Virus record (IMG/VR): IMGVR_UViG_3300033978_000217
Span: 1,818 to 65,817 of that record
Reading direction: 5' to 3' (one strand)
DNA length: 64,000 nt
DNA from: a virus
Taxonomy: Duplodnaviria > Caudoviricetes
The position numbers and the translations under genes were made by a program. Below, piece after piece: positions 53,472-61,316 of the stretch (position 1 is its first letter; each line of letters opens with the position of its first letter). The notes below the pieces were generated by a model. The model did not search any database, had not been told where the DNA came from, and saw only the letters and a list, made by a program, of their open reading frames with translations.

Positions 53472-53715
53472 TAGAAGGTGCTGTTTTTATTGCGTTAAGG
53501 AAAGCCACAGCCTCTTGTTGGAACTCCGGATCTTCTCTCATAGCGTTTAGAGCATCGTTTGCAACAGAGGTCAACTCTTGAGTTAGTCCTGTGAAAGATT
53601 CTAGAATTTCCTCGTTGGTTAACTCCATGTTGAGTGCCAACAACTCCGTTAACAACTTGTGACACGAGAGAGCAAATTCTTGCATGGTCTCGTTCGTTAC
53701 TCTTAATTTTTGCAT
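53443..53715 (-). CDS. Acidic helical hypothetical protein
   Basis: Start MQKLRV; promoter TTTGTATATTTG at 53733-53744. Confidence 0.6.
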   Translation of the reverse strand: MQKLRVTNETMQEFALSCHKLLTELLALNMELTNEEILESFTGLTQELTSVANDALNAMREDPEFQQEAVAFLNAIKTAPSSEDSEATDL

Positions 53716-53785
53716 TTTGTGTATTATTTTCACAAATATACAAAAGACATTAAAATAACAATTAATAAGTTTTCAACAATACGGA

Positions 53786-53947
53786 TTATAGATTTGGAGG
53801 AAGTTTGTATTCCTCTCCGCTGTCCTTTGCCTTTTGATAGTCGTTGACAATGTCACAGAGTTTGACTTTCTTCCCAACCTCGGGACATCCAAGTTGGTGA
53901 GCGTTGTAGTACCCACAGATAGGGCATTTATACTTTGGCTTTTTCAT
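53786..53947 (-). CDS. Small Zn-finger-like protein (53 aa, absent from the ORF track)
   Basis: MKKPKYKCPICGYYNAHQLGCPE..; ATGA-coupled. Confidence 0.55.
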   Translation of the reverse strand: MKKPKYKCPICGYYNAHQLGCPEVGKKVKLCDIVNDYQKAKDSGEEYKLPPNL

Positions 53948-54093
53948 GATCCGCAATATAAGCACGTTTCGTCATCATCCTCAATAGAATGTGCCTCATT
54001 ATTGATACGGATTGCTTCCATTTCGATTTGAGCGTCTGTCCACTCTGGGTGGAAGGCTCTGATTTGTGACTTGAGGAATAGTAACTCGTTCAT
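53944..54093 (-). CDS. Small protein ending in CxxCGS (49 aa, absent from the ORF track)
   Basis: MNELLFLKSQIRAFHPEWTDAQIEMEAIRINNEAHSIEDDDETCLYCGS*. Confidence 0.6.
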   Translation of the reverse strand: MNELLFLKSQIRAFHPEWTDAQIEMEAIRINNEAHSIEDDDETCLYCGS

Positions 54094-54113
54094 AGACTTA
54101 AATTTTAGGTACA

Positions 54114-54149
54114 CAAAGATACGGAGAGAAATATATTTCTATATCTTTG
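54114..54149. promoter_or_regulatory. Divergent pair of TATCTTTG -7 elements
   Basis: CAAAGATA at 54114 (-) and TATCTTTG at 54142 (+). Confidence 0.6.
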
Positions 54150-54169
54150 TTTAGATAAAAAATTACACT

Positions 54170-54307
54170 ATGGCAAAGGTTCAGTCTACAAGCAGTTTTA
54201 AGAAGAAGCCGAAGGTTAGAAGACCCGGTGTTATCGCAAAGACGAAGTGTTCTTGCTCAAAGAACTCTAAGAACTATATTAAATCATATAGAGGTCAAGG
54301 GCGATGA
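54170..54307 (+). CDS. Small basic protein (45 aa, absent from the ORF track)
   Basis: MAKVQSTSSFKKKPKVRRPG..SKNYIKSYRGQGR*. Confidence 0.7.
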   Translation: MAKVQSTSSFKKKPKVRRPGVIAKTKCSCSKNSKNYIKSYRGQGR

Positions 54308-54459
54308 AAAAACAGATGCTTAAAAGAAAAGATGGTAGTGTGTCCCCAAGAGGACTTTGGGACAACATTCGTGCTAACAAAGGATCAGGCAAGAAGCCTA
54401 CTGCCGCTATGTTAAAACAGGAGAGGGTTATTAAGTCTCAAACCAAAAAGAAAAAGTAA
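54304..54459 (+). CDS. Small basic protein (51 aa, absent from the ORF track)
   Basis: MKKQMLKRKDGSVSPRGLWDNIRANKGSGKKPT..*; coupled on both sides. Confidence 0.7.
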   Translation: MKKQMLKRKDGSVSPRGLWDNIRANKGSGKKPTAAMLKQERVIKSQTKKKK

Positions 54460-54731
54460 TGGCTAAGACACCAGCGTGGACTCGAAAGGAAGGCAAAGAC
54501 CCGAAGGGTGGCCTCAACAAAAAGGGGGTGGCCTCTTATAGAGCCGCTAATCCCGGATCTAAGTTACAGACCGCTGTGACTACCAAACCATCTAAACTAA
54601 AACCAGGTAGTAAGGACGCTAATAGACGCAAGTCTTTTTGCGCTAGAATGTCGGGTATGCCAGGTCCAATGAAGGACGAAAAAGGTAGACCGACAAGAAA
54701 AGCACTTTCTCTAAAAAAGTGGAACTGTTAA
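54459..54731 (+). CDS. Basic phage protein (DUF6321-like)
   Basis: AWTRKEGK.PKGGLN..RRKSFCARM..ALSLKKWNC. Confidence 0.7.
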   Translation: MAKTPAWTRKEGKDPKGGLNKKGVASYRAANPGSKLQTAVTTKPSKLKPGSKDANRRKSFCARMSGMPGPMKDEKGRPTRKALSLKKWNC

Positions 54732-54767
54732 TAAAAAAATAGTATATTTGTGTAAATATTTAAAGAG

Positions 54768-55151
54768 ATGGTTACAAGTACTACAGGTTTAGAAGGATCT
54801 ACAAATGTCAGAAGAGTAATAGCTTCTGGAGCTACAGGTTTATACGACTTCTACAAAATAAAATATATTAAATCAGTCATTGTGCAAGGAATCACAAGCA
54901 CAATACCAAACGTATCTCCAACACAGGGTTCGGTTGTTGCTGCTAACGATGGGTTGGACGCGGATGTTGAAAGTTATGTTGCAAATAACTTCCCATTTGA
55001 CGTTGACTACATGAACACCACTAGTTATTTATGTTACGAGGTAGACAGAGATGTAATGAATGCTGCAGGCGCATCTGTGACCTACTTACACGCTCAAGTA
55101 GACGTGTATGAAGTGGTTCAGTCAACTAATAATTTAATTGTTAAAATATAA
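54768..55151 (+). CDS. Hypothetical, possibly structural, protein
   Basis: 127 aa, not basic; TATATTTG at 54743. Confidence 0.6.
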   Translation: MVTSTTGLEGSTNVRRVIASGATGLYDFYKIKYIKSVIVQGITSTIPNVSPTQGSVVAANDGLDADVESYVANNFPFDVDYMNTTSYLCYEVDRDVMNAAGASVTYLHAQVDVYEVVQSTNNLIVKI

Positions 55152-55156
55152 ATAAA

Positions 55157-55561
55157 ATGAAACAACCATCAGTAAAAACACGCAAGAACCTTTTAGGTCG
55201 TGACGTGAAGATTACTCGCGCAGGTAATGAGAAAACTCGTGAAGTAACTGGTAATCGTGTAGCCAAAACAACAGTAACTAAGGACATTAAGACTGGAGGA
55301 AGAAAAATAACTACAAGTAAGATGGTTGTTTCTCCTAGAGAGCAAATGGTCGATGTTATTAACAAGACCAAGTACACTGGAGCAGCAGGCAGAAGTCGTA
55401 TGCTTGATGTTAATCCTGAGACAAGTAGAAAGAAAAAGACTGCTAAGGCGTTTAATGTAAACCCTGAAAAAGCAAAGGTTACTAAAAACAAACTTTCAGT
55501 TAGAGAGAGTGCTAAGAAGGCGTACAAAGGATCTAACTTACCTCGTAGATACAATGGCTAA
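55157..55561 (+). CDS. Lys/Arg-rich protein (RKNLLGR family)
   Basis: Tandem paralog of the next gene. Confidence 0.7.
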   Translation: MKQPSVKTRKNLLGRDVKITRAGNEKTREVTGNRVAKTTVTKDIKTGGRKITTSKMVVSPREQMVDVINKTKYTGAAGRSRMLDVNPETSRKKKTAKAFNVNPEKAKVTKNKLSVRESAKKAYKGSNLPRRYNG

Positions 55562-56000
55562 AATAATTACAAGAAAAAACTTGTTGGGTCGTGATGTTAA
55601 AATCACAAAAAGCCCAAATACTAAAACTCGTGAAGTTACAGGAGACTTCGTTGCTAAAAAAAAGGTTAAGACTAATTTAAAGGGAACAACTCAAATTAGA
55701 AACCCGTTTACAGGCACGAAGCGTTTTGAAAAGGTGGATATCGGTAAAAGAGTTTCTACTAGTAAAATAAAGGTGAATAGAAAAAACGATTCTATTGACG
55801 TTACTAATAAAACAAAGTATACTGGATCTGCTGGTAGGACTAAAAATTGGGATGATAACCCAAAAACTAATAGAAAGAAATCTACTGTAAGAACTTACAT
55901 GGAAGATCCTAACACTGTAAGTAGAGTTAAAAAAAATATACCTTTAGAGGAAAAGGCTGCAAAGGCATATAAAGGAAAAAACTTACCAAGAAGATATTAA
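55554..56000 (+). CDS. Lys/Arg-rich protein (RKNLLGR family)
   Basis: Shares RKNLLGRDVKIT, KTREVTG, NKTKYTG.AGR and AYKG.NLPRRY with the previous gene. Confidence 0.7.
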   Translation: MAKIITRKNLLGRDVKITKSPNTKTREVTGDFVAKKKVKTNLKGTTQIRNPFTGTKRFEKVDIGKRVSTSKIKVNRKNDSIDVTNKTKYTGSAGRTKNWDDNPKTNRKKSTVRTYMEDPNTVSRVKKNIPLEEKAAKAYKGKNLPRRY

Positions 56001-56003
56001 ACT

Positions 56004-56636
56004 ATGGCTACAAGTATCGACAAGAAGAAAAAGGCTGAAAATCCAAATAAGGACTATAGAGGTAGAAGAAATATCTTTGGTCAAGTTAAGGATAAGCAGA
56101 CAAACATCACAACTGAAAGAGATAATAAAAGAGGTACAACTACTACTCGAAAAGAAGTGGTTAAAACTCGTTCTATCTCTCCAAAAAGAACTGTGGTTGT
56201 TAGAAGTGGAAATACAACCAACCCTGAACTTGGGTACAAGGGTATATGGAAATCAAAGGGAGATGTAAAAGCCGTTAAAACAAAAAATGTAGATAAATTC
56301 TTGAAAAGAAAAGATGGAAAATATATGCCTTCATCTAATCCTAATCAAAGAGTTTTGGTAACCAAAAAAGATATAGAGGTTACGAAAAAAAGAGACGCTT
56401 TTGCTACAAATAAAAAAGCACAAGAGAATGCTCGTAAGAATAACAGCACTATTTTAGATAGTGATAAAGTTAACACCATGAGTGGTAAAAAAGTTGAAAG
56501 AAGTGCTTTGAATAAAACAAGGACATATAAAGCAAAACAACTTCCTAAAAGAGTTGCTGTAGGTATTCAAAATGCTGTTGTGGCTTATGGAATGGGATCA
56601 GGATTCAAACCTTTATACGGAAAAAATAAAAAATAA
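56004..56636 (+). CDS. Lys/Arg-rich protein
   Basis: 210 aa with RRNIFG and YKAKQLPKR motif variants. Confidence 0.65.
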   Translation: MATSIDKKKKAENPNKDYRGRRNIFGQVKDKQTNITTERDNKRGTTTTRKEVVKTRSISPKRTVVVRSGNTTNPELGYKGIWKSKGDVKAVKTKNVDKFLKRKDGKYMPSSNPNQRVLVTKKDIEVTKKRDAFATNKKAQENARKNNSTILDSDKVNTMSGKKVERSALNKTRTYKAKQLPKRVAVGIQNAVVAYGMGSGFKPLYGKNKK

Positions 56637-56637
56637 C

Positions 56638-56835
56638 ATGGCTATTAAAAAAATATCAAAAATGAGTGCAACTCCTAAAAGCAACTCTCCTAAAAGCACA
56701 CCTACTCCAGGAAAAAGAGTTGTAGAGAAGAAAGTAAATCCATACACCACAAAACCAGTAGTAGGGAATAAAACTTACGTCAGAGGAGGCGTTAAGTTTA
56801 TACAAAACTCAGACGGAACTTATAGAAAAGGTTAA
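56638..56835 (+). CDS. Small basic protein
   Basis: MAIKKISK.. start directly after the upstream stop. Confidence 0.6.
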   Translation: MAIKKISKMSATPKSNSPKSTPTPGKRVVEKKVNPYTTKPVVGNKTYVRGGVKFIQNSDGTYRKG

Positions 56836-56848
56836 AAAACATTAAACA

Positions 56849-57187
56849 ATGGCAACAATGAAAACAACTGCGAAGACTAACCCTATTACAGGAGATCCAA
56901 CATATCCAGGAAGCACCGGGTCAAAACGTGAGCAAAGAAAAAATGCTGCTGGTGAATTAACTAGAAGACAAAATAAAGCGGTAAACCAAGGTATTGAAAA
57001 GCAAAAAGGTAAAATTGAATACAAAGGTGTACCTGAAACTAAAAAACCAAAAGATTGGAGAGATAAAGTTAAGCCAGATAAAGGTGGTAAAAAGAATATG
57101 ACTACAACCAATCCTAACAAGAAAGGAAAAGGTGGTTTCAGTATTGTTCCAAAGTCTTGTCGCGGTCCAAAAGAATGGACTAGATAG
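56849..57187 (+). CDS. Small basic protein
   Basis: 112 aa, K/G-rich. Confidence 0.6.
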   Translation: MATMKTTAKTNPITGDPTYPGSTGSKREQRKNAAGELTRRQNKAVNQGIEKQKGKIEYKGVPETKKPKDWRDKVKPDKGGKKNMTTTNPNKKGKGGFSIVPKSCRGPKEWTR

Positions 57188-57434
57188 AGTCTCGGTTCAT
57201 AAAGATAGACTTTATTGAGTCATAAGAAGTTTTGAATAGGCGTGGGTTTCCCATGCCTATTTCTATTATAACGTAATCCGTAATCAACTCGTCAATCTGC
57301 CGTATAGACATCACGTCCCGAATGTCGAACATAGTCCTAACTAACTGCTCTGTTGGAGTTAGGTCGAAGAAGGTTATATCACCAGTATTGGTTAAAACCT
57401 CCTCCGCTTCGATATAGTAGCCTTTAATCAACAT
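57180..57434 (-). CDS. Hypothetical protein
   Basis: 84 aa, last gene of the minus-strand operon. Confidence 0.55.
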   Translation of the reverse strand: MLIKGYYIEAEEVLTNTGDITFFDLTPTEQLVRTMFDIRDVMSIRQIDELITDYVIIEIGMGNPRLFKTSYDSIKSIFMNRDSI

Positions 57435-57627
57435 TTGGTCTTAGTATATATCTGATTAATCTTCGTAGGTTCTTTGCGTCTCTATAGGAGAGAGGGATCA
57501 ATTGTCTGCCCTTGTCGTTGGTTATGGCAATATCAACCCCTGCGCCATTGGCCCATTCTGACACTTCTAAAAACTTTCCCTCCTCCTGATCGTGGAAGAA
57601 AGTCTTCTTAATTTTTTTTGTGTGCAT
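57424..57627 (-). CDS. Hypothetical protein
   Basis: FLEVSEWANGAGVDI motif. Confidence 0.6.
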   Translation of the reverse strand: MHTKKIKKTFFHDQEEGKFLEVSEWANGAGVDIAITNDKGRQLIPLSYRDAKNLRRLIRYILRPNVD

Positions 57628-58096
57628 TTTCTTTAAATTTTAATAGTTGATGTTGGTCGAGAACATACGAGTCACCTGTCCCGAGGTTTCGGATGTTCTC
57701 TTCTTTTTTCACATCCTCTGAACGAGAGTATCCAGCAAAACGGATCGTGTAATCATTTTCAACTATGGCGAGTACATACATATCCATCGGCTGAGAGTTT
57801 AACTTGACAATCATACGACCTTGAGGAAGGCGAGTGCTTTTGACATCAATAGTCAAATTCTTATACACGCAGTCTGGTTGACCTGCTGTATCGTCTCCAA
57901 AAGATAGGCTGAAGTGAATGTTATGCCACTTGCAGAATGCGTACTCAGATAGGCATCCATCGAAGTCTATTTCGTACCCCGACTTATCTGAGGCGAACTT
58001 CTGATCCACCACATTCTTCTTTCTGCTTACAAATGCTCTTGTAGAAGCAAGAGTTCTCAAGAAGTGAACCTCTGATTCGTTTAGTGTAATTGTCAT
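57608..58096 (-). CDS. PD-(D/E)xK-like nuclease-fold protein
   Basis: E.AF..PD..IDVKST motif. Confidence 0.5.
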   Translation of the reverse strand: MTITLNESEVHFLRTLASTRAFVSRKKNVVDQKFASDKSGYEIDFDGCLSEYAFCKWHNIHFSLSFGDDTAGQPDCVYKNLTIDVKSTRLPQGRMIVKLNSQPMDMYVLAIVENDYTIRFAGYSRSEDVKKEENIRNLGTGDSYVLDQHQLLKFKENAHKKN

Positions 58097-58191
58097 GACT
58101 GTAATCCTTTTTCATTATCATCACCCCCAAAGTAGGAGAGGAATACTATTATCGCTGTTATAATTACAGCCGCCATTAGAAATTTGTTCAT
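58093..58191 (-). CDS. Small TM peptide (32 aa, absent from the ORF track)
   Basis: MNKFLMAAVIITAIIVFLSYFGGDDNEKGLQS*; ATGA-coupled. Confidence 0.45.
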   Translation of the reverse strand: MNKFLMAAVIITAIIVFLSYFGGDDNEKGLQS

Positions 58192-58196
58192 AGTGT

Positions 58197-58394
58197 TTAA
58201 TATTCAGGGTCAGTTGTTGTGCCTACAGTTGCTGGATCTACATACACAGTATCCCTGGGTATGTAAGTGGCCTTAAACATTTGGTGGTCTTCTTTTTGTA
58301 TTGGGTGGTAGTTACTTATGTCGCAACTTAACGCTAGGCAAGTTATGATAACCGACAATAAGAATATAAATAATTTTCTACTTTTTGTTGACAT
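58197..58394 (-). CDS. Putative lipoprotein
   Basis: Basic N-terminus, hydrophobic stretch and LALS-C lipobox. Confidence 0.5.
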   Translation of the reverse strand: MSTKSRKLFIFLLSVIITCLALSCDISNYHPIQKEDHQMFKATYIPRDTVYVDPATVGTTTDPEY

Positions 58395-59898
58395 CGTTCT
58401 GTTGATTAATTGTTTCACTTACTTCTTGAATTCTCTTTCCAATCCACGCCATTACAGGAACAGCCATTGAGTTGCCCATCGCCTTGTACCTTGGTCCATC
58501 TGGAGACTCTGGTTTTTTTCGGTATGGGATGTTTGTGAAGTTATCAGGGAATCCTTGTAACCTCTCGCATTCTACAGGAGTTAGCCTACGAACTCTTGCG
58601 TTCGTAATTGTACCACCAGTGTGGTTGATATCCGAAGCGGAGGACGATAAGGTTTGAGAAGTCTTCTCGTTGATGCTCATATTGTACATATCAACGGCAA
58701 CAGGAAATACAGCGTGTGGACCTTTAGCAACTAATGTTGGAGAAGTTTCAGACTCTTCAATTTTAGGTTCGTATTGAGCGTTCTGACCTTGGTTGAAAGA
58801 AGCTCTATCCAACACAATTGTTTTATTTTCGGAAACGACTAATCCCCTACCATCAGCAAGATCTTCATTTCCAATGCCTTTGTAATCTCTTGCTAAAAGA
58901 GTACCTATTGTTTCAGACTCATTTGGTGGTAACCACTTTGTTTCAGAAACTATTGGTGTGTTACCACCGCCTGTACCCCAACGAGATGTTACTGTACTAC
59001 TTGTCTCTCCCATTTCTTTAACTCTGCTATCGTTAGGATGATTTTCGTAAACATCTTTTTGAATTACCGCAGAGAAGTGTCCTTTGTCGGGCATATACTG
59101 ATCGTGACAACGAGTAGTTAAACTTGCGGCTGTTTGACCTCCGTCCCACCATGAGTCTGGTTCTACAACAGACACAGTTGATCTAACATCACCAACGTCA
59201 AAACAATTAAGAGTGTTTGACACATCGTCTTCAACCCATGTCTCTAATCCGTCTTTGGTTGTTGCTCGGCTTGATTTACGGTATGTAGTAGAGCTTCCTT
59301 CAATCGCTCGGGTAACTTTTTCCCTCTTACCTCTGCTCTCCGTAATATTCCTGCACAGGCTTTCTGACTCAAATAGAACCGCTGCGGCAGGTCTCCAGTC
59401 TCCAAGATATCCGATAAGAAAGACTCTTCTACGTCTTTGTGGGACTCCAAAGTGTTGAGCGTCAAAAACTCTGTAGGCGAACCCATACCCGAGTTCCCCC
59501 AACGCCCCGAGGAGGGAAGCAAAATCTTTTCCTCCGTTACTTGACAAGACACCGGGGACATTTTCCCAAACGATCCACTGGGGTTTTGCTTTGTTAGCAA
59601 TGCGACAGAATTCAAGGGCCAGGTTGCCACGAGGGTCTTCCATTCCTTTTCGGAGACCTGCAACTGAGAATGATTGGCAGGGAGTTCCTCCAACGAGAAC
59701 ATCGATAGTTGTTTCATTAAATATAGGGTTTGAGTGAATTAAAGTCATGTCCCCTAAGTTGGGAACTTCTGGATAATGGTGCTGTAGGACAGCTGATGGG
59801 AAGGGTTCTATTTCTGAAAACCATTGCGCCTTCCAACCTAGTGGATGCCAAGCCATCGTAGCGGCTTCTACTCCCGAACATACTGATCCGTATCTCAT
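58378..59898 (-). CDS. DNA cytosine-5 methyltransferase, alpha polypeptide, with multiple TRD-like repeats
   Basis: SVCSG, GGTPCQSFS, ENVPG, QRRRRVF, RRLTPVECERLQGFPD and GNS motifs. Confidence 0.92.
   Translation of the reverse strand: MRYGSVCSGVEAATMAWHPLGWKAQWFSEIEPFPSAVLQHHYPEVPNLGDMTLIHSNPIFNETTIDVLVGGTPCQSFSVAGLRKGMEDPRGNLALEFCRIANKAKPQWIVWENVPGVLSSNGGKDFASLLGALGELGYGFAYRVFDAQHFGVPQRRRRVFLIGYLGDWRPAAAVLFESESLCRNITESRGKREKVTRAIEGSSTTYRKSSRATTKDGLETWVEDDVSNTLNCFDVGDVRSTVSVVEPDSWWDGGQTAASLTTRCHDQYMPDKGHFSAVIQKDVYENHPNDSRVKEMGETSSTVTSRWGTGGGNTPIVSETKWLPPNESETIGTLLARDYKGIGNEDLADGRGLVVSENKTIVLDRASFNQGQNAQYEPKIEESETSPTLVAKGPHAVFPVAVDMYNMSINEKTSQTLSSSASDINHTGGTITNARVRRLTPVECERLQGFPDNFTNIPYRKKPESPDGPRYKAMGNSMAVPVMAWIGKRIQEVSETINQQNDVNKK
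59244..59717 (-). CDS. Nested alternative-frame methyltransferase beta-like polypeptide
   Basis: 157-aa ORF inside the MTase gene; LSDILE..RFYLS.KAC.GILRRA..RGKKLP..L..AL, arranged as in M.EcoHK31I. Confidence 0.7.
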   Translation of the reverse strand: MKQLSMFSLEELPANHSQLQVSEKEWKTLVATWPLNSVALLTKQNPSGSFGKMSPVSCQVTEEKILLPSSGRWGNSGMGSPTEFLTLNTLESHKDVEESFLSDILETGDLPQRFYLSQKACAGILRRAEVRGKKLPERLKEALLHTVNQAEQQPKTD

Positions 59899-60131
59899 TT
59901 GTTTTTTATTTTTTCGATTGCACTTTTTAAATAAACAGCCATGTCAAGGCATTCCTCATAGGCTTCTTGTAACCACATGAGGTGGTCGTAATCAGTTCGG
60001 TCCACTGTTGTTCCGTATTGGAGATACCCTTTCTTCTCTCTTTTTTTAAGGTCCTCAATTAACTTGGTGAGTATCTTGGAGTCCTTAATCTCGTAGTGAG
60101 GATCTATGTTGTGAGTACTATTCTGCTCCAT
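59895..60131 (-). CDS. Small helical phage protein (MazG-like fold possible)
   Basis: G..QYGTT..WLQEAYEECLDMAVYL. Confidence 0.6.
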   Translation of the reverse strand: MEQNSTHNIDPHYEIKDSKILTKLIEDLKKREKKGYLQYGTTVDRTDYDHLMWLQEAYEECLDMAVYLKSAIEKIKNK

Positions 60132-60354
60132 ATGTCTCGTAGTGTTTACGGATAATATCTTGAACAAACTTTTGTTTTGTTTCGCTCCAATCACTTTTAT
60201 CTGTCTCATCTATTGATAGATGAGCAGACACTCCGTAAATTGTTCCTTCCGCAGTTACAGATTTAACCAGCGTGTATTCATACTTCACGTCTAAAGTAAT
60301 TTCTCCTTTAAAGAAATATTCTGTCTTGTGTGGCTTTTGAATTGTGATTTCCAT
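60118..60354 (-). CDS. Hypothetical protein
   Basis: 78-aa ORF in an operon. Confidence 0.55.
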   Translation of the reverse strand: MEITIQKPHKTEYFFKGEITLDVKYEYTLVKSVTAEGTIYGVSAHLSIDETDKSDWSETKQKFVQDIIRKHYETYGAE

Positions 60355-60357
60355 AGT

Positions 60358-60864
60358 TTATTTTTGAATTTTAAGTTTAAAGTATAGGTCTGAAAGTGCT
60401 TCTTTAGGTTGAGGATATCCGTTCTCTTCCATCTTCTCAACAAAATATTGTATCAACATCCTATCCTTCCAAGATGTCTCAACAGTGTTTTCAAATGTTC
60501 TAATACCATGCAATACTGTAGCGTGGTTTTTATTTTCAAACTCACTACCAATGCCTGCCAATGTAACCGGCAATGTTTTGTGCATCATCCAATAAACTAG
60601 TTGTCTGTAAAGAATATTCTCTCTCTTTCTAGTTGAATCACCTGGCGAGTTATAAACTTTCTTAGCGATATCTTTCATTAGGTCAATATAGGTTCTCATA
60701 TTAGTCCCTATTGACACGTTGTAAATCACATGGCTAATTTTATCAGCTTCCTCCTTTAAATGAGGAACGAAGATTACCAAGTCATGAATAAACATTTCTT
60801 TTTTATCGTTCGGCACATACTCTAAGATATCACCAAACCGAACTTTTCTTTCTTTTACTTCCAT
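60358..60864 (-). CDS. DnaA C-terminal-domain (HTH) protein
   Basis: RKRE..RQ..Y..TL..IG..F.NKNHATVLHG is the DnaA domain IV signature. Confidence 0.75.
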   Translation of the reverse strand: MEVKERKVRFGDILEYVPNDKKEMFIHDLVIFVPHLKEEADKISHVIYNVSIGTNMRTYIDLMKDIAKKVYNSPGDSTRKRENILYRQLVYWMMHKTLPVTLAGIGSEFENKNHATVLHGIRTFENTVETSWKDRMLIQYFVEKMEENGYPQPKEALSDLYFKLKIQK

Positions 60865-60872
60865 TCTTATTG

Positions 60873-61316
60873 TTATAGGTTATTAAAAATTTCTTTAACT
60901 TGTTCTAGTGTGTGTCTTTGGATGAAGTCCCAGTATACGAACTTGTACAGATTTTGAAAATATTTGCGTTTGTAACTTTGAGTGTTGATCGGCTTGTCGA
61001 TACCAAGTTCTTTACAAGTCCTTTTATTCGCTTTAGTCTTAATTTCATCCTTTACTTCTTTATCGATTATGTTATTGTTTCGCAAATATCTAACATTCTT
61101 TTCACAAAATCCAAATAAAACTTCAACTATTTCAACATATTTTTTATCAACACAGATATAAACAGCCTCAATGTTTTCGTAGAAGTCTTGTTTTGAGCCA
61201 ATTAACTCTCCGTCCTTCAGTTTAGTGATTGCGACTTGTCGAAGGCCATACTGAAATGCTGGATCAGAATGGTATGTCTTCGTCTTCATATTCTTGTTGT
61301 CTTGTTTCGTATTCAT
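60873..61316 (-). CDS. Hypothetical protein
   Basis: ORF overlapping the helicase end; start uncertain. Confidence 0.55.
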   Translation of the reverse strand: MNTKQDNKNMKTKTYHSDPAFQYGLRQVAITKLKDGELIGSKQDFYENIEAVYICVDKKYVEIVEVLFGFCEKNVRYLRNNNIIDKEVKDEIKTKANKRTCKELGIDKPINTQSYKRKYFQNLYKFVYWDFIQRHTLEQVKEIFNNL

